Assembly (NCBI RefSeq): GCF_009914755.1 | Contig: NC_060940.1 | Source: the human T2T-CHM13v2.0 reference genome, Homo sapiens | Length of the DNA: 64,000 nucleotides | Strand: one strand, 5' to 3' | Part shown: positions 14,686 to 27,873 of the stretch, piece after piece | How positions within the stretch are numbered: position 1 is the first letter of the stretch | Layout of the letters: each line of letters opens with the position of its first letter | Translations under genes and position numbers: made by a program | The notes under the pieces: model-generated | What the model saw: the letters and a program-made list of their open reading frames with translations, nothing else | What the model was told of the DNA's origin: nothing | Database searches by the model: none

Positions 14686-14989
14686 GGCCGGGCCCAGGGG
14701 CTCACGCTGGTAATCCCAGCACTTTGGGAGGCTGAGGCAGGTGGATCACTTGAGCTCAGGGGTTCAAGATCAGCCTGGGCAACACAGTGAAACCCCATCT
14801 GTACAAAAAATACAAAAAGTAGCTGGGCATGGTGGCACGTGCCTGTGGTCCCAGCTACTTGGGAGGCTGAGATGGGAAGATTACTTGAACCTGGGGAGGT
14901 TGAGGCTGCAGTAAGCAGAGATTGTGCCACTGTACTCCAGCCTGGGAAACAGAACAAGAGCCTGTCTCAAAAAGAAAAAAAAAAAAAAA
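14686..14989 (+). mobile_element. AluJ
   Basis: CTTGAGCTCAGGGGTTCAAGATCAGCCTGGGCAAC, GAGGTTGAGGCTGCAG; TSD AGAAGGGACA. Confidence 0.93.
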
Positions 14990-16589
14990 GAAGGGACATA
15001 TGAGATGGAGGATATATTGAGGGGAAGGAGATGTGAGTGGACATGAGGGCCAGGAGGGAACGTGTTCTCAGAAGGCTACTGAGGCAGGTGGAAAGGAACT
15101 AGCCTTACTTGAAGAGAGGGGCTGCCTTCCAGAGTGAGGAGTGATGAAGCCGACTGACAAATGGAAGGCTTAGAAGTCCAGGTAAGGGAATTTAGAACGG
15201 AGTCTCTGGGAGTTCTTGAGTAGATGCATCGTCTGATGTCCCTTCGCTAGCAGGTGCTTCGTTGGGTTCTTGGGATGACGGGTGAGAAAGGCCTTTAAGA
15301 CAATTTGGGGAAGCTCTCCAGCAATCTCAAACAGCTGCCACCACCTTACCCAGGAAGTCCTTGTTCCCACCCTTCTCCAAAGCCTTTTGAGGGTTGCTAG
15401 GAAACTGGGGATACTTGAGCAGTTGGGATCTGATTATAATAATTTTCTAGGTTTCCATGGCTGGAGTAGGAGCCAGGTTGGTCCAGTGTCATATTCTCTT
15501 ACCTTACTGTGGAGCACAGTGAGGCATAAGTGTCTTTAAGTTATGTGAACTCAACTCTGTGATCTCAGTTCAGGGATGGGAGAAGGGATGGAGGAGGGGA
15601 AGAAAGAGAGAGAGTGTAACATAAATAATGTGAGTATTTCTGTTTCCCATTCCACACAATGAGCATATGCTCAAAGTGAGATGGGAGACATGAGTCTGCT
15701 TTTGCTTCAGACAGACTCACTTCCCACGAGCTTCTCCAGAGTGTGATTCTAGCATTTAAAGATATGCATTTTTCATATAACTTGGCCCCTAAACACAAGC
15801 CAGTTACTTCATCTGGTGCTGAACCAGAGAAACAGCCATCATGGGTAATTTTGGCTGAATATGATTTTAGCTGCTCCCTCTGGCCTCAGATCTCTACACG
15901 AGACAAGACTCTACTGTTATTTTGTAAAACCCCTACTCGGTGCCTATGAATGATGCCATATGGCTCCTGCTTGTTTACAGATTTGTCTAAGCCCTTGAGG
16001 TAAACGGAATCCAACCATTGACACCCTTGACACACAGCACGGGTTGGCTAGAGGGCGGTGGGGTTTGTGTATTTGTTCCTTACTCCAACACTGTCTTTTA
16101 AGATCACTATTGTAACCTGGAACACAGGATATCCCCCAGGTAATTTCACATACTTAGCTGGTCCTCTTGTGAACCACAGCTCCTTCCCCTGTGTTGTACA
16201 AGCCCACCTATGTGCATATTTTTTGAAATTTTAAGAATTGAGTTTTAGATGATTTGTGGAGCTTGGAATTTCCCAGAAGGATGACTTGCTCAGGTCTCTA
16301 GGCAGTGTCTTATGTCTAGCAGTCTGTCCATGTACATATAGTACATTTAAAAAAATTAACGTATTTATCTATTTGAATAGGTCAATATGTACATGGTAGA
16401 AAAGAAAGTAAAGCAATATTCAAGGACGTGAAGCAAACACTAAGTGCCCTCTCTCCTCCAGCACTCTAATTCTCCTCTCCAGAGTCAACCACTGTAATAA
16501 GTTTATTGTCTGTTCTCACAAAGATATTCTATGCATTTACTAACATTTCTGAACACTTCTGCACCTTGCTGATTTCATTTAATAGTGGG

Positions 16590-16969
16590 CATATTAGTCT
16601 GCTTGGGTTGGCCTAACAAAATAACACAGACTGGGTGGCTTAAACAACAGGAATTTATTTTCTCACAATTCTGGAGGGTAGACATACCAGACCAAGTCCA
16701 TCAGGGACAGTTTTGGAGAGGGCTCCCTTCCTGGCTTGCAGACAGCCACCTTCTTGCTGTGTCCTCACATGGTGGAAAGAGAGAGAGCACTCTGGTGTTT
16801 CTTCCTCTTCTGATAAGGGGACCCACCCTGTGAGATTAGGGCCCCATCCTTATGACTTCATTTGATCTTTGTCATCTTCTCACAGACCCCATCTTCAAAT
16901 ACAGAACCATTGGGGGTTAGGGTTTCAACATATGAATTTTGAGGGCACACAAACATTCAGTCCATAACA
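16590..16969 (-). mobile_element. MLT1A-like MaLR LTR
   Basis: CTGGGTGGCTTAAACAACAGGAATTTATTTTCTCACA ... AAACATTCAGTCCATAACA. Confidence 0.85.
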
Positions 16970-17625
16970 GTGGATACTGGAGACTTTTTTTTGCTTTTGG
17001 TCTATTTAGACCTAGATATATCTTTTGCCCTTTTGCTGTGAGCTGAGCCTGGAGGATTGGTACCAGCTGTGATTTTATAAGGTGAGGCAGCTGGAATCCA
17101 GAGAGGTAAATGGAATCCAACTATTGAAACCCTTGAGGAGCATACAGAGATCTTGGCCAGTGGCCACCAGTCTCTCCTTGATGAACTGTTGCTGGACTTG
17201 TAGAATGGATTGTGATTCTTATGAGGCCATGGCTGTCCTCAAAGCTTAGTGTAAGAGGGAAAGCCTTGGTTAGGTGTTGGGGTCCATCCCGAGAAGGGGA
17301 AGAATAAAGCTATGCTTGTTCCAATCTGTATATTTTCCGATGGGTCAGTTCTTCATCTTCCAGAAGCTCAGCAGCCTGGGGGAATTGAGACCATAGTGGC
17401 GCTATCAATGACTTACTGCAACTCTCCCTGGAATACCTCTCTCTTTTCTTGCTAGACAAGTCTTACACATTTTGAGAACTCAAGGCAAAGCTCAGCTCCT
17501 TATAATCGATCTATCTGTTTCTTCCACTCCCATGACTCTTTCTTAGTGATGTGCTCAATTCTGTTCTCTCCAAGTCAGCTTACATTTATTGACTCCTAGG
17601 GGCTAATTCTCTCTGTCTCTCTCTC

Positions 17626-17918
<293 letters not shown>

Positions 17919-18126
17919 TTTTGACTTTCCATGCCATGTTGCCTTTGACTTTGATTTTTGTGGTGTATCTTAATTTTCCTAGGAGTCTGTAGTTTTCTCT
18001 CTAACTAGATTGAAAACACATTGAGGGCAGCAAATACTTCTAAGTTCTCCCTCCCATGTTGAGTATGTGCCATGTTCCAAGTAAGCATTGAGGGTGGATA
18101 TTCATTGAGTTAGTACATTCAGATGA

Positions 18127-18520
<394 letters not shown>

Positions 18521-18954
18521 TGAATATCCCTGATTGGCCCATACTTTTCCTCCCAGAGGTTTGTTGTTGGTGAAATACAACCCTTGTGTGCACTGGTCAC
18601 AAGCCCTTTTCATTGTACTTTGAATGGAATCCTGCAGTTGACTATGAGAATGAGCGTGGACCATAGTTCTCATTTATGATTTAAGTCAACCCCATGGGAA
18701 ATTTATACTCACGGAGGTTGTCACTTGTCCAAGTGGCTATGTTGGGATTTGAATCCCTAGATCTGTCTGACTTGTGCTTTTTTTCCACTCCATCAACTTT
18801 TCCCAACCTTCCTCTTTCCCCATCACCTGCCTCTCCCTGTCTATTGTGCTATTCAATGAAACATCATAGAGAGGATAGATGTGATTCAGCATCTGGCATA
18901 TACCTGCTGTAGATGCTGTAGAACAGATTCTCTGCAAGTGCTTGTTAATGTAAG

Positions 18955-19108
18955 TTCTCTCCGCAGAACCTCATTCTCTTGAGACAGCAATGCTGAGAAA
19001 GCAAATCTGGGACTGGGGCTGTGATATATTCAAATTTGACAGCCTCATCCTCCTCCTAGGTGATTCTGATGTCAGTGGTCCTGAGGCCATATTTTCAGGA
19101 ATACTGCC
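18955..19108. mobile_element. MER5-like hAT-Charlie fragment
   Basis: CCTAGGTGATTCTGATG...GGCCATATTTTCAGGAATACTG. Confidence 0.55.
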
Positions 19109-19350
19109 TTAAAAGTCATTATTATCCAACCAACGAATTCTTACTCTGTAGGCAACTAAAGGTTGACCCTTCCCAAGGGTCACATTTTAATGGTGTGTTT
19201 CACTTTTAACCCTGCTGGGGAGGAGAGAATTTTTGATTGGATGATCTTGAGGGGCAGAGTGATCTTCTGCCTGCTTGTGGTTCCATCATGGTCACTTTCC
19301 AAGGTCTGAGGCAGAGGCCAGAGCTTGGGCTTGGGGGCCCATCTTGCCAT

Positions 19351-19855
19351 TGTTAGATACAGTTAGTTTCCCTCTTCAAACAGCTTATCCAGTTTCCCTG
19401 TTCTCTATACCATAATTCCAAATACCCCCTTGCCTTTGCTGCACCCCAGCTTGTCTGAATATGCCTAGGCATGCCTGAACTTGCTACAACCCCAGTCCAC
19501 ATTCCTTTCCTTATTCGGGAATAGGTTACCTTCCTAGTCCCCCCATAAATGACCCCCCATCTCTCTCTTCTCACCTCACTATGTGCCTGCCTTATCTAAG
19601 AAAGTTTAAATGTCAAGCCAATCAGGACTAGTTTAGACTGTGCGGTCCAACCCTAGCCAATAGGGGAAAGACACAGAGGCAGAAGCTGCATTAGAGAAAA
19701 TAAAAACCCCTGCTTTCCTTTGTTCTGTGTGCTCTCACCATTGCTCCATATGCAAGATGCACCCTTCTACAGAAGTAAATTTGCCTTGCTGAGAGATGCT
19801 TTGTCCTTTGTCTCAGTGCTAGTGTCTTTGCGGCACTGAGCATTTGTTTCCAACA
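19351..19855 (+). mobile_element. LTR10-family (ERV1, HERV-IP10 group) solo LTR
   Basis: TGTTAG...CCAACA termini, two CCAAT boxes (~19618, ~19657), A-rich TATA-like box, AGAAGTAAATTTGCCTTGCTGAGA polyA region, internal p53 repeat; no clear TSD seen. Confidence 0.8.
19447..19486. promoter_or_regulatory. p53-family response element: four contiguous decamer half-sites
   Basis: CAGCTTGTCT-GAATATGCCT-AGGCATGCCT-GAACTTGCTA versus RRRCWWGYYY: 9/10, 9/10, 10/10, 9/10, with no spacers. Confidence 0.8.
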
Positions 19856-19859
19856 TATG

Positions 19860-20030
19860 CATTCAAATCCATGGGTTCTGTCTCTTTCTAATGGTGTAAC
19901 CTCGGGGGAGGTGCATTACTCCTCCTTCCTCTCTTAAAAAATGGTGGTGTTACTATCCAGTTACTTAGATCACTGTGTAGATGAAATGGAATAATGCATG
20001 TAAAACCCTTGGCACAGTTCCTAAGACAGG
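19860..20030 (+). mobile_element. MIR
   Basis: ATTCAAATCC..., GATGAAATGGAATAATGCATGTAAAACCCTTGGCACAGT. Confidence 0.65.
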
Positions 20031-20190
20031 CAAAAGAAAGAAACAAAACAAGAAGAAACAAACAAAGCCAAACCCTGTCTTCCCTACCGTCACCAGTTAT
20101 CATGTTTTGCTACCAACCTGGTTTCATCTGTGGCACTTGAGTGAGGCACACAGTTGGAATGTACCTTTAGAAAAATGTTTAAAACTTTTT

Positions 20191-20480
20191 GGCCAGGTGC
20201 AATGGCTTATTCCTGTAATCCCAGCACTTGGGGAGGCTGAGGTGTGTGGATCACTTGAGGTCAGGAGTTAGAGACCAGCCTGGCCAACATGGTGAAATGC
20301 TGTCTCCACTAAAAATACAAGAAAATTATCCAGGTGTGGTGTGTGCCTGTAATCCTAGCTACCTGGGAACCTAAGGCAGGAGAATTGCTTGAACCCAGGA
20401 GGCGGAGGCTACAGTAAGCCAAGATCATGCCACTGCTCTCCAGCCTGGGCAACAGAGTGAGATTCCATCTAAAAAAAATA
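20191..20480 (+). mobile_element. AluS
   Basis: Full sense Alu with A tail. Confidence 0.95.
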
Positions 20481-20484
20481 ATTT

Positions 20485-21055
<571 letters not shown>

Positions 21056-21916
21056 CAAAGCATCACCACTCCAATGCAGGTTTGGGGGCACAGTGGCGGG
21101 TTTTGTTTTTGTTTCTGTTTGGCTTTGTAAGGATAGGTTACCTGGATTAATTTGTTGCTTGGGCTGGAGCCATTTGGGACCCTCAGTGCAGTGACAGCCT
21201 GATGGTAATGTGAGATCCCAACAGCTTGAATTAATCATGGAGACAGGAGGTAAAGAACAGGGATGCTGTGGAGGACAGTTCTTGACATCTGCAGGCACCT
21301 CTGTGCAACCCTTCTCAGGGATGAAGGGCAGGAGGTTTCAATTCTCTTGTATTTCCCTCCTCGGGACGGGAGAGTGGAACCTTCAGAAGTTGGTACAAAT
21401 GAGCTTGCACTGAGAGGGAAAGGGCAGAAATGGGCTGAGAGTCAGTTGTGGCTAAAATGTTTGGGGACCAGTTCCTGGAACACTGACACTTGCAGAGAGC
21501 CTCTGGATGCTGGCATACTCAGACCACATTGCCTTTCTTCCAACTGCACAGAATCAAGTTGACCAACCATGGAAGCATGAGTCCCTCAGTGTTCATAACA
21601 GATGCTCTGAACAGCAGCCTTATACATCCCATTATTGAATTCGCTGCAAAGTGTCAGTTAATGAAGACAGCATCCTCCATATCTCCCAGTAGTTCCTTGT
21701 ATAATGCCTATTGTGCTTTGAGAAATAAGTGCTAGAAAAAAGCTTTGCTGGTCCTAAGGAACTTGAGCATTCTCACTTCATGCTTAATGAGAACAATGTA
21801 GTTGACCGAATTTCCCTTTTCACTTTGTTTACCCAGAAGCGCACAGCCACATTTGAAACTGCATCCACCTCATCTGCTTTCTGTTTTCCATTTTGCTCTC
21901 ATCTTGGCATATGCCC

Positions 21917-22394
21917 TGTAGTATGCCGTAGTCTTTTAGGCTCAAGGGTCAGAAACCTAAAGCAAAGAAAAAGAGGAGTTTATTGGGACGTGTCTCTCAC
22001 CTTTAGGCACACGTAGGTCTCAACAGATGTTCTCGGGGCTCTGACTTTATGGCTCTATCTCTAGATTTTGTGTGCCTCTCTTGGCTTAGTTTTCAGACAG
22101 GCTCTTTCCCTGTGGTGGCAGGATGGTCACCAGCAGCTGCAAACCAGAATTGTCCTTACAGCTCCAGGCTCCAGAGAAGGAGAGAGCACATTTCCCTACA
22201 GCTGTTGAAAACCCTTGGAAAGTCCATGATTGGGCTATGATAGGTCGCATGCCCATTCCTGCACCAGTCACTGTGACGAGGGGAGGTGGTGCTCTGATTG
22301 GTTGGTCAGGGTTCAGGTATCCACTGTTGGAGTGGGTGGGGTCAACTCCACCCAAATCTCACAGGTTGAAGAGAATTATAATGGAACAGAGTAT

Positions 22395-22457
<63 letters not shown>

Positions 22458-22515
22458 TCCTCAGGGGAGATCTTCAGAGAACAGAATAGAAAACAATGAC
22501 GAAACCTCTACCTAC
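21917..22515 (-). mobile_element. Old MLT1 LTR containing a microsatellite
   Basis: AAGCAAAGAAAAGAGGAGTTTATTGG, TGATTGGGC..GGTCGCATGCCCATTCCTGCACCAGTCACTGTG. Confidence 0.6.
22396..22457. repeat. Compound (TG)n(AG)n microsatellite
   Basis: Directly visible. Confidence 0.98.
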
Positions 22516-23009
22516 CCCTTATTCTAATTTATATTTCCCTGTTTTGAATGTATGATTGTTTATTTATATTTTACTTTGCTGTCTTAAATCCTTTGTGAAA
22601 TGAGGTGGAATAAATAAATGATAAGATGTGTAAACTGCCTTAATAAACAAGTGAATGCATCTCTCCTTACAGAAGGAGGGTAGGGTTGATTAGAGGTAAC
22701 AGTCAGGAAACTGAGCATCAGATTGAGCTCTGGAATGTGCTGGAGGTAGAAAGTTTGTCTCCTGTTGGCCATGGTGCACAGCTGACCTCCATTCTGTTCT
22801 GGGCATGCCTGTTAGAAAACACCCTGCCTCCATTTGTAGATATTGATGAGGGGCTCATCTAATATAGATCCTATTTTACAGATTAATAACAAAAGCTAAG
22901 ATAAAGACACTAGCTCAGGGTTCACATCTTGAAATTCTTGACTTACTTGTTTATTGTCATTCTGCCTTTCCCCTCCATTTTTACATTATTTTACATTTTT
23001 AATAATTTA

Positions 23010-23214
23010 TTTATTTCTCAACCCCAACACTATTGATATCTTGGGTCAGACAATTCTTTGTTGTGGGGCTGCTGGTGCATTGCAAGATGTTTAGTAGGGT
23101 TCCTGGCCTCTACCCACTAGATGCCAATAGTCCTCGCTTCCCACCCAGTTATGATAACCAAATATGTCTCTAGTCATTGTTGAGGGGTGAAATTGTCTTG
23201 GTTGAAAACCACTG
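23010..23214 (-). mobile_element. MER20 (hAT-Charlie)
   Basis: TTTCTCAACC..CACTATTGA..TGGCCTCTACCCACTAGATGCCA..GGTTGAAAACCACTG. Confidence 0.88.
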
Positions 23215-23852
23215 TTGTATTAGAATATGACTTCCAAGAGAAGAGGAATCTTGTGTGACTTGGTCACTGTTTAATTTCTCAGCCTAGTACAATGTCTGGC
23301 ACCTAGGAGATGCTCAATAAATCTTTATTGACTAAGGGAATTAATTTGCTTTGAACTCTTATTTCTAGGCTGTCTTGACCTCCAAGCAGCAACATTTCTT
23401 TCTAGAAGAAACCTAAAATTCAAAGTTTATGTCATCACCCTCTCTCAGGTACTTGACAGTCAGTCAATACATGCTAGCATCTGGCATTGTTACGATGATG
23501 ATTGTTTCTTCCTGGAAGATTGCTGAGCCCAAAGCCATGGATTATTCTGCTTTTTTTGTTGACCTTGCACGTTTGAACTAAAAGTCACTGGTGAATCTTG
23601 AACCTGCAGGGAGAGACTGGATTGAAATAGCTGGAGAATGGGATGTTGGCAGCAGGCATAGAGGTTTGAAGGACTTTGGGAAGGTAGCGTTCCATGAAAT
23701 GACCCTGGCATTGGGTTCTTGGAGCCTAAGTTCTCTAGCTAGAAAGCAGCTGTGGAACTTAAATGTTCCTTATGCAGGAATAGTACTGTACCCTCCACAC
23801 CTCCCTAAGACTGTTTGGAAAAACGTAGGAATTTTTTTCAGTATCAGTATCC

Positions 23853-24320
23853 TGTGGAGCTGCCTTGGTTTGACTTTCCTACAAGCAGATGCTGAGACAA
23901 GGATATGAGGACAAATAATTTATTTGAGAGTTGATCCCAGGAAACACTGTTAGGTGAGCATAAGTGAGATAGGGAAACCCATCAAGGGTGTGTCATCCAG
24001 TTACAACCATGGGCAACTGGAGCTCAGTCCTGCTGGAGAACTCTGGGGGAGCAAGAAGAACGTGCCCCAGAGTCATTGCAATTGAAGAGCAAGGAAGCTG
24101 GGGGGCTTATCCACCAAATTCTAGCTCAACATTGCTTGAGGGCTGCTTCCAGGGGCATTGACACTCTAGTACTTCTGGTTGTTTTGGGTGAGAACCACGT
24201 GTGTTTTTTAGCCAGAGCAAAGTTACCAGGCAGAGAGCCCCAGGTGTTTGCAGCTGGCACTCTTGAGTGTGGAGGTGAGTGTTGAAGGATCGCTATAGGG
24301 AACTGACAGTGTCTGATACA
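23853..24320 (-). mobile_element. LTR16-like (ERVL) LTR, apparently within a MER20-like relic
   Basis: AAGCAGATGCTGAGACAAGGATATGAGG..AATTTATTTGAGAGTTGATCCCAGGAAACAC; MER20-like sequence resumes at 24321-24425. Confidence 0.7.
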
Positions 24321-24649
24321 GGACATCTGGTGGGCAGGGGCTGAATATCTCACAGCACATACGGCAGCCCCTCACAGGTAAGAATTATCCACTCTGAATG
24401 CCAATAGACATGCCTTTGAGAAACATGATGAATGGGAATGGATATTTCGTTTGGATTCCTGGAAGAGAGAACTCTGTTTTATTTTTATTTATAAAATCAA
24501 TAAGTGTTATTTTTCCTGGTTATAAATGTAATAGGTACTCCTTGAAGAAAATGTGAAAAGTACAGGGAAAAAATCCTTAAAGGAGACACATTTTAATGCA
24601 TTTCTTTCTTGTTCTATGTAAAGTCTGTAGAAATAATTGTTACAAGAAC

Positions 24650-24840
24650 AAGTTCTGGGTTCAAATTCAGACTCCACCACTTACTAGTTATGTGGCCTTG
24701 AATAAGTTAGTTCACCTCCCTGGGCCTTAGTTTTCCCAACTGAAAAATTGGAATGATAATATCTTATAGGGTTGTTTTGAGACTTAAATGAGATGATATA
24801 TGTAGAGTACTTGGCTTATAATAAGAACTCATTAAATGTG
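24650..24840 (+). mobile_element. MIR
   Basis: CTGGGTTCAAATTCAGACTCCACCACTTACTAG..CTTAGTTTTCCC. Confidence 0.85.
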
Positions 24841-24878
24841 GTATATACATACACATCTCCTTTTAAGAATGAGAATAT

Positions 24879-25112
24879 GGCCAGGTGTGGTGGCTCACAC
24901 ATCCTGGCTCCCCCAGAGCAACGAGATGAGCACTTTGGGAGGCTCAGACAGGTGGATCACTTGAGGACAGGAGTTTGAGACTAGCCTGGCCAACATGGCG
25001 AAACCCTACTAAAAATACAAAAATTAGCCGGATGTGGTGGTGCACACCTGTAATCCTAGCTACTTGAGAGGCTAAAGCATGAGAACTGCTTGAACCTGGG
25101 AGGGGGAGGTTG
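24879..25112 (+). mobile_element. Alu, 3'-truncated, with a 28-nt foreign segment near its 5' end
   Basis: Alu from GGCCAGGTGTGG to GGAGGTTG; no tail. Confidence 0.9.
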
Positions 25113-25113
25113 T

Positions 25114-25385
25114 TACATGAGTTGGCTAGCCTGTTTTCCCAGCACCATTTATTGAATAGTACATCCTTTCCCCATTGATTGTTTTTGTCAGCTTTGTCAA
25201 AGATCAGATGGTTGTAGATGTGTGGTGTTATTTCTGAGGTCTCTGTTGTTTTCCATTGGTCTATATATCTGTTTTGGTACCAGTACCATGCTGTTTTGGT
25301 TACTGTAGCCCTGTAGTATAGTTTGCAGTCAGGTAGTGTGATGCCTCCAGCTTTGTTCTTTTTGCTTAGGATTTTCTTGGCTATA
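25114..25385 (-). mobile_element. L1PA ORF2 internal fragment
   Basis: TTTTCCCAGCACCATTTATTGAATAG..TTTTGGTACCAGTACCATGCTGTTTTGGTTACTGTAGCC. Confidence 0.92.
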
Positions 25386-25459
25386 GAATCTCATAGTCTT
25401 ATTGGGAAAGATACAACTTGAAAGCATAAGGGAACCAAGTAAAAAGACAATACCAGCAT

Positions 25460-25886
25460 GGAGCTAGATTGTGTTTCCTAGAAGCAAAGCCTGAGTCAAG
25501 GATTTGGGGGCATTTAATTTATCGAGGAGATTCTCTTAGAAGGAGGAGAGCAAGGAAGGAAGGTAGGGCAGGGGAACAGAGCCAAGCAAGGAGATAGTCT
25601 TGGTTGGAGACAAGCTGCAGCTTGATAACAGAGAAAGTTCTGGAACATGGATTGTAACACCAAGTTGGTCCTGATTTGAGGCAAGTGGCTGGTGTTTTGA
25701 ACTTTTGTGTCAGTCAGTCCCCGGCTCTGGCTGTCCCTCTGGCTGGAGGTTGGGGGCCGAGTAATTTCCTAGAAGAGACATTCTCAATAGCCATGGCGGA
25801 GAAGGGGGCAGCTGTGAGCCATTAGCAACCAACATTCTCAACAGCTGGTGAAGGGCATTTGAGCAGGGCACTGCATGGCCATTGCA
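25460..25886 (-). mobile_element. LTR16-like LTR
   Basis: GAAGCAAAGCCTGAGTCAAGGATTT..., GGGGCAGCTGTGAGCCATTAGCAACCAAC. Confidence 0.7.
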
Positions 25887-25897
25887 GTTCTCTAGGG

Positions 25898-26117
25898 CAG
25901 GAGGCAGCAACTACAGCCCATGGGGGAATTCCTGCTTGCCCCCTGTTATTGTAAATTAAGTTTTACTAGAACACAGACACGCTCATTTTTTCACGTATTG
26001 TCCATGGCTTTTTCTGCTGCAATAGCAGAGTTGAGTCGTTGTGACAGTGACTGTATGGCCTTCAAAGCCTAACACATTCACTCTCTGGCCTTTTAACAAA
26101 AGGTTTCCCAGCATTTG
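25898..26117 (+). mobile_element. MER58A
   Basis: CAACTACAGCCCA..AAGTTTTACTAGAACACAG..GCAGAGTTGAGTCGTTGTGACAG. Confidence 0.85.
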
Positions 26118-27119
26118 GTCGAGGGGAATAAGAGAAATAAGAGGGGTTCACTGTAATCTGGGTGGTCCCAAGGTGGGTGTTACTCTTACTCTGGGATGTG
26201 GGGAAATGGCGAGGTTTGGGTTAGAGGTGAGAAAGCTGGAAGACCTTCAAGGACTAGTGGGTTAATGCAGGTACAGGAGAAGCAAGTATACCTGGAAAAA
26301 GGTATATGACTGTAGCAAACAAGCGTGATAAGGTACAGATCCTTCTCTCCAAGGACCATGTGGCTATCTGGGACAGTAGCTTGTTTAAGTGAAGAAATCC
26401 ACTTAAGGCTCATTTCCAGGGAAGAATTCCATTTAGAAACCCTTAATCAGGGGAGTGCATGGTCTGGGGCATGTTAAACGCAAATGCATTCAAACGTAAT
26501 TATTTGGAGCAGCTATAAACAAGTCTGGTCACTTAAGATAAAGATGTAAAGCACACGCTTTGCCTTCATCAGAGCAGCAAAAGGAGAAAAGGATATCTCA
26601 GTCCTCGATGTTGGTGAATAGTTAGCAGGAATTCATTCAGCTTGGGGAGACATCACGTGGTGGCTAACAGGGACATCGGGACAGCAGCTCTTGAAATCCA
26701 CGGGCTATTTTTGTCAAAGGAGAATTCAGTTTTAAATATTCGATGCTTTTAGGATAACTCATCTATCACTGGGCCAATTTAAGTCTCATTAATCACACGA
26801 AGGAAAGAACTCCCTGCCCCTTGAAGGTATCAGTGTATAGCTGCGAAATGGAGGCCTGGTTCCTCTGAGAAATAGAACACAAATGGTATAATTTTGCAAA
26901 GATGGGAGCAAGAGTGATCCCCCAAGTAGTGACCGTTCCTTGACTCAAAATTGCCGGTTGTGGGTTCTGTTGCCAAACCTGGGGCCACCTGAATCGACAG
27001 GGTTTAGAAGATCATGATGGGAATCTGTGGATCACATTTGAGAAAGCATAGGGTTGGATAAACACCATAGCCTTTGGGGCTAGGTAGCCTCCATTTATTG
27101 TTTTCCCTAGTAAGAAAAG

Positions 27120-27372
27120 ACTGTGTACTAGACAATGTGTGCCAAACCAATTGTGTGCCAGGATTTGTGTTTAAGGTGCTTAGTTTAATCTTTATAATGC
27201 GTCTATGATATCTATGCCATTAGCCCTTTTACATATCTGAAAATTGAAGTTTAGAGATGTCTACTCATTTGCTCAGGGTCATAGAACTTGAAAGTGGCAG
27301 AGCCGGGATTTGAACCCTGGTTTGACTATTTCTAAACAAAACCAAGCTCTTGAACTATTATATGATACTGCA
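27120..27372 (-). mobile_element. MIR
   Basis: GCTCAGGGTCATAG..AAGTGGCAGAGCCGGGATTTGAACCC. Confidence 0.8.
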
Positions 27373-27519
27373 CTCAAGGAGAGCCACTCTCATCAGTAAA
27401 GGAGGACTTACTCACCCTGGAAAAACTGGAAAATACAGAATGGTAGAAAGTAGAAGAAAAACCAACAACCATTAATTCTAATTGCCCCAAGTAAGTTATT
27501 GACAACATTGTGGTGTATT

Positions 27520-27873
27520 TCTGTCTTTGTTTGAGCTGCTATAACAAAATACCATGATTGAGTAGCTCACACACAAAAGAAGTTTATTTCTCAGAGTTTG
27601 GAGACTGGGAAGTCCAAGATCAAGGTGCTGGCAGATTCAGTGTCTGGTAAGGGCCTGTTTCTCATACACGGTGACTTCTTGTGTCCTCACATGGTGGAAG
27701 GGAGAAACAAGCTCCCTAGGATCTGTCTCATACAGGCATTAATCCTGTTCACAAGGGCTCTACCCTCATGAGCTAATCACGTCTGAAGGCCCCACTTCTT
27801 AATATCATCACTATGGGGCCTAGAATTTCAATGTATGAAGCTGGGGTGGGACACAGATATTCAGACCATAGCA
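27520..27873 (-). mobile_element. MST (C/D-like) MaLR LTR
   Basis: GCTGCTATAACAAAATACCA..GGGAAGTCCAAGATCAAGGTGCTGGCAGATTC..TTCAGACCATAGCA. Confidence 0.85.
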
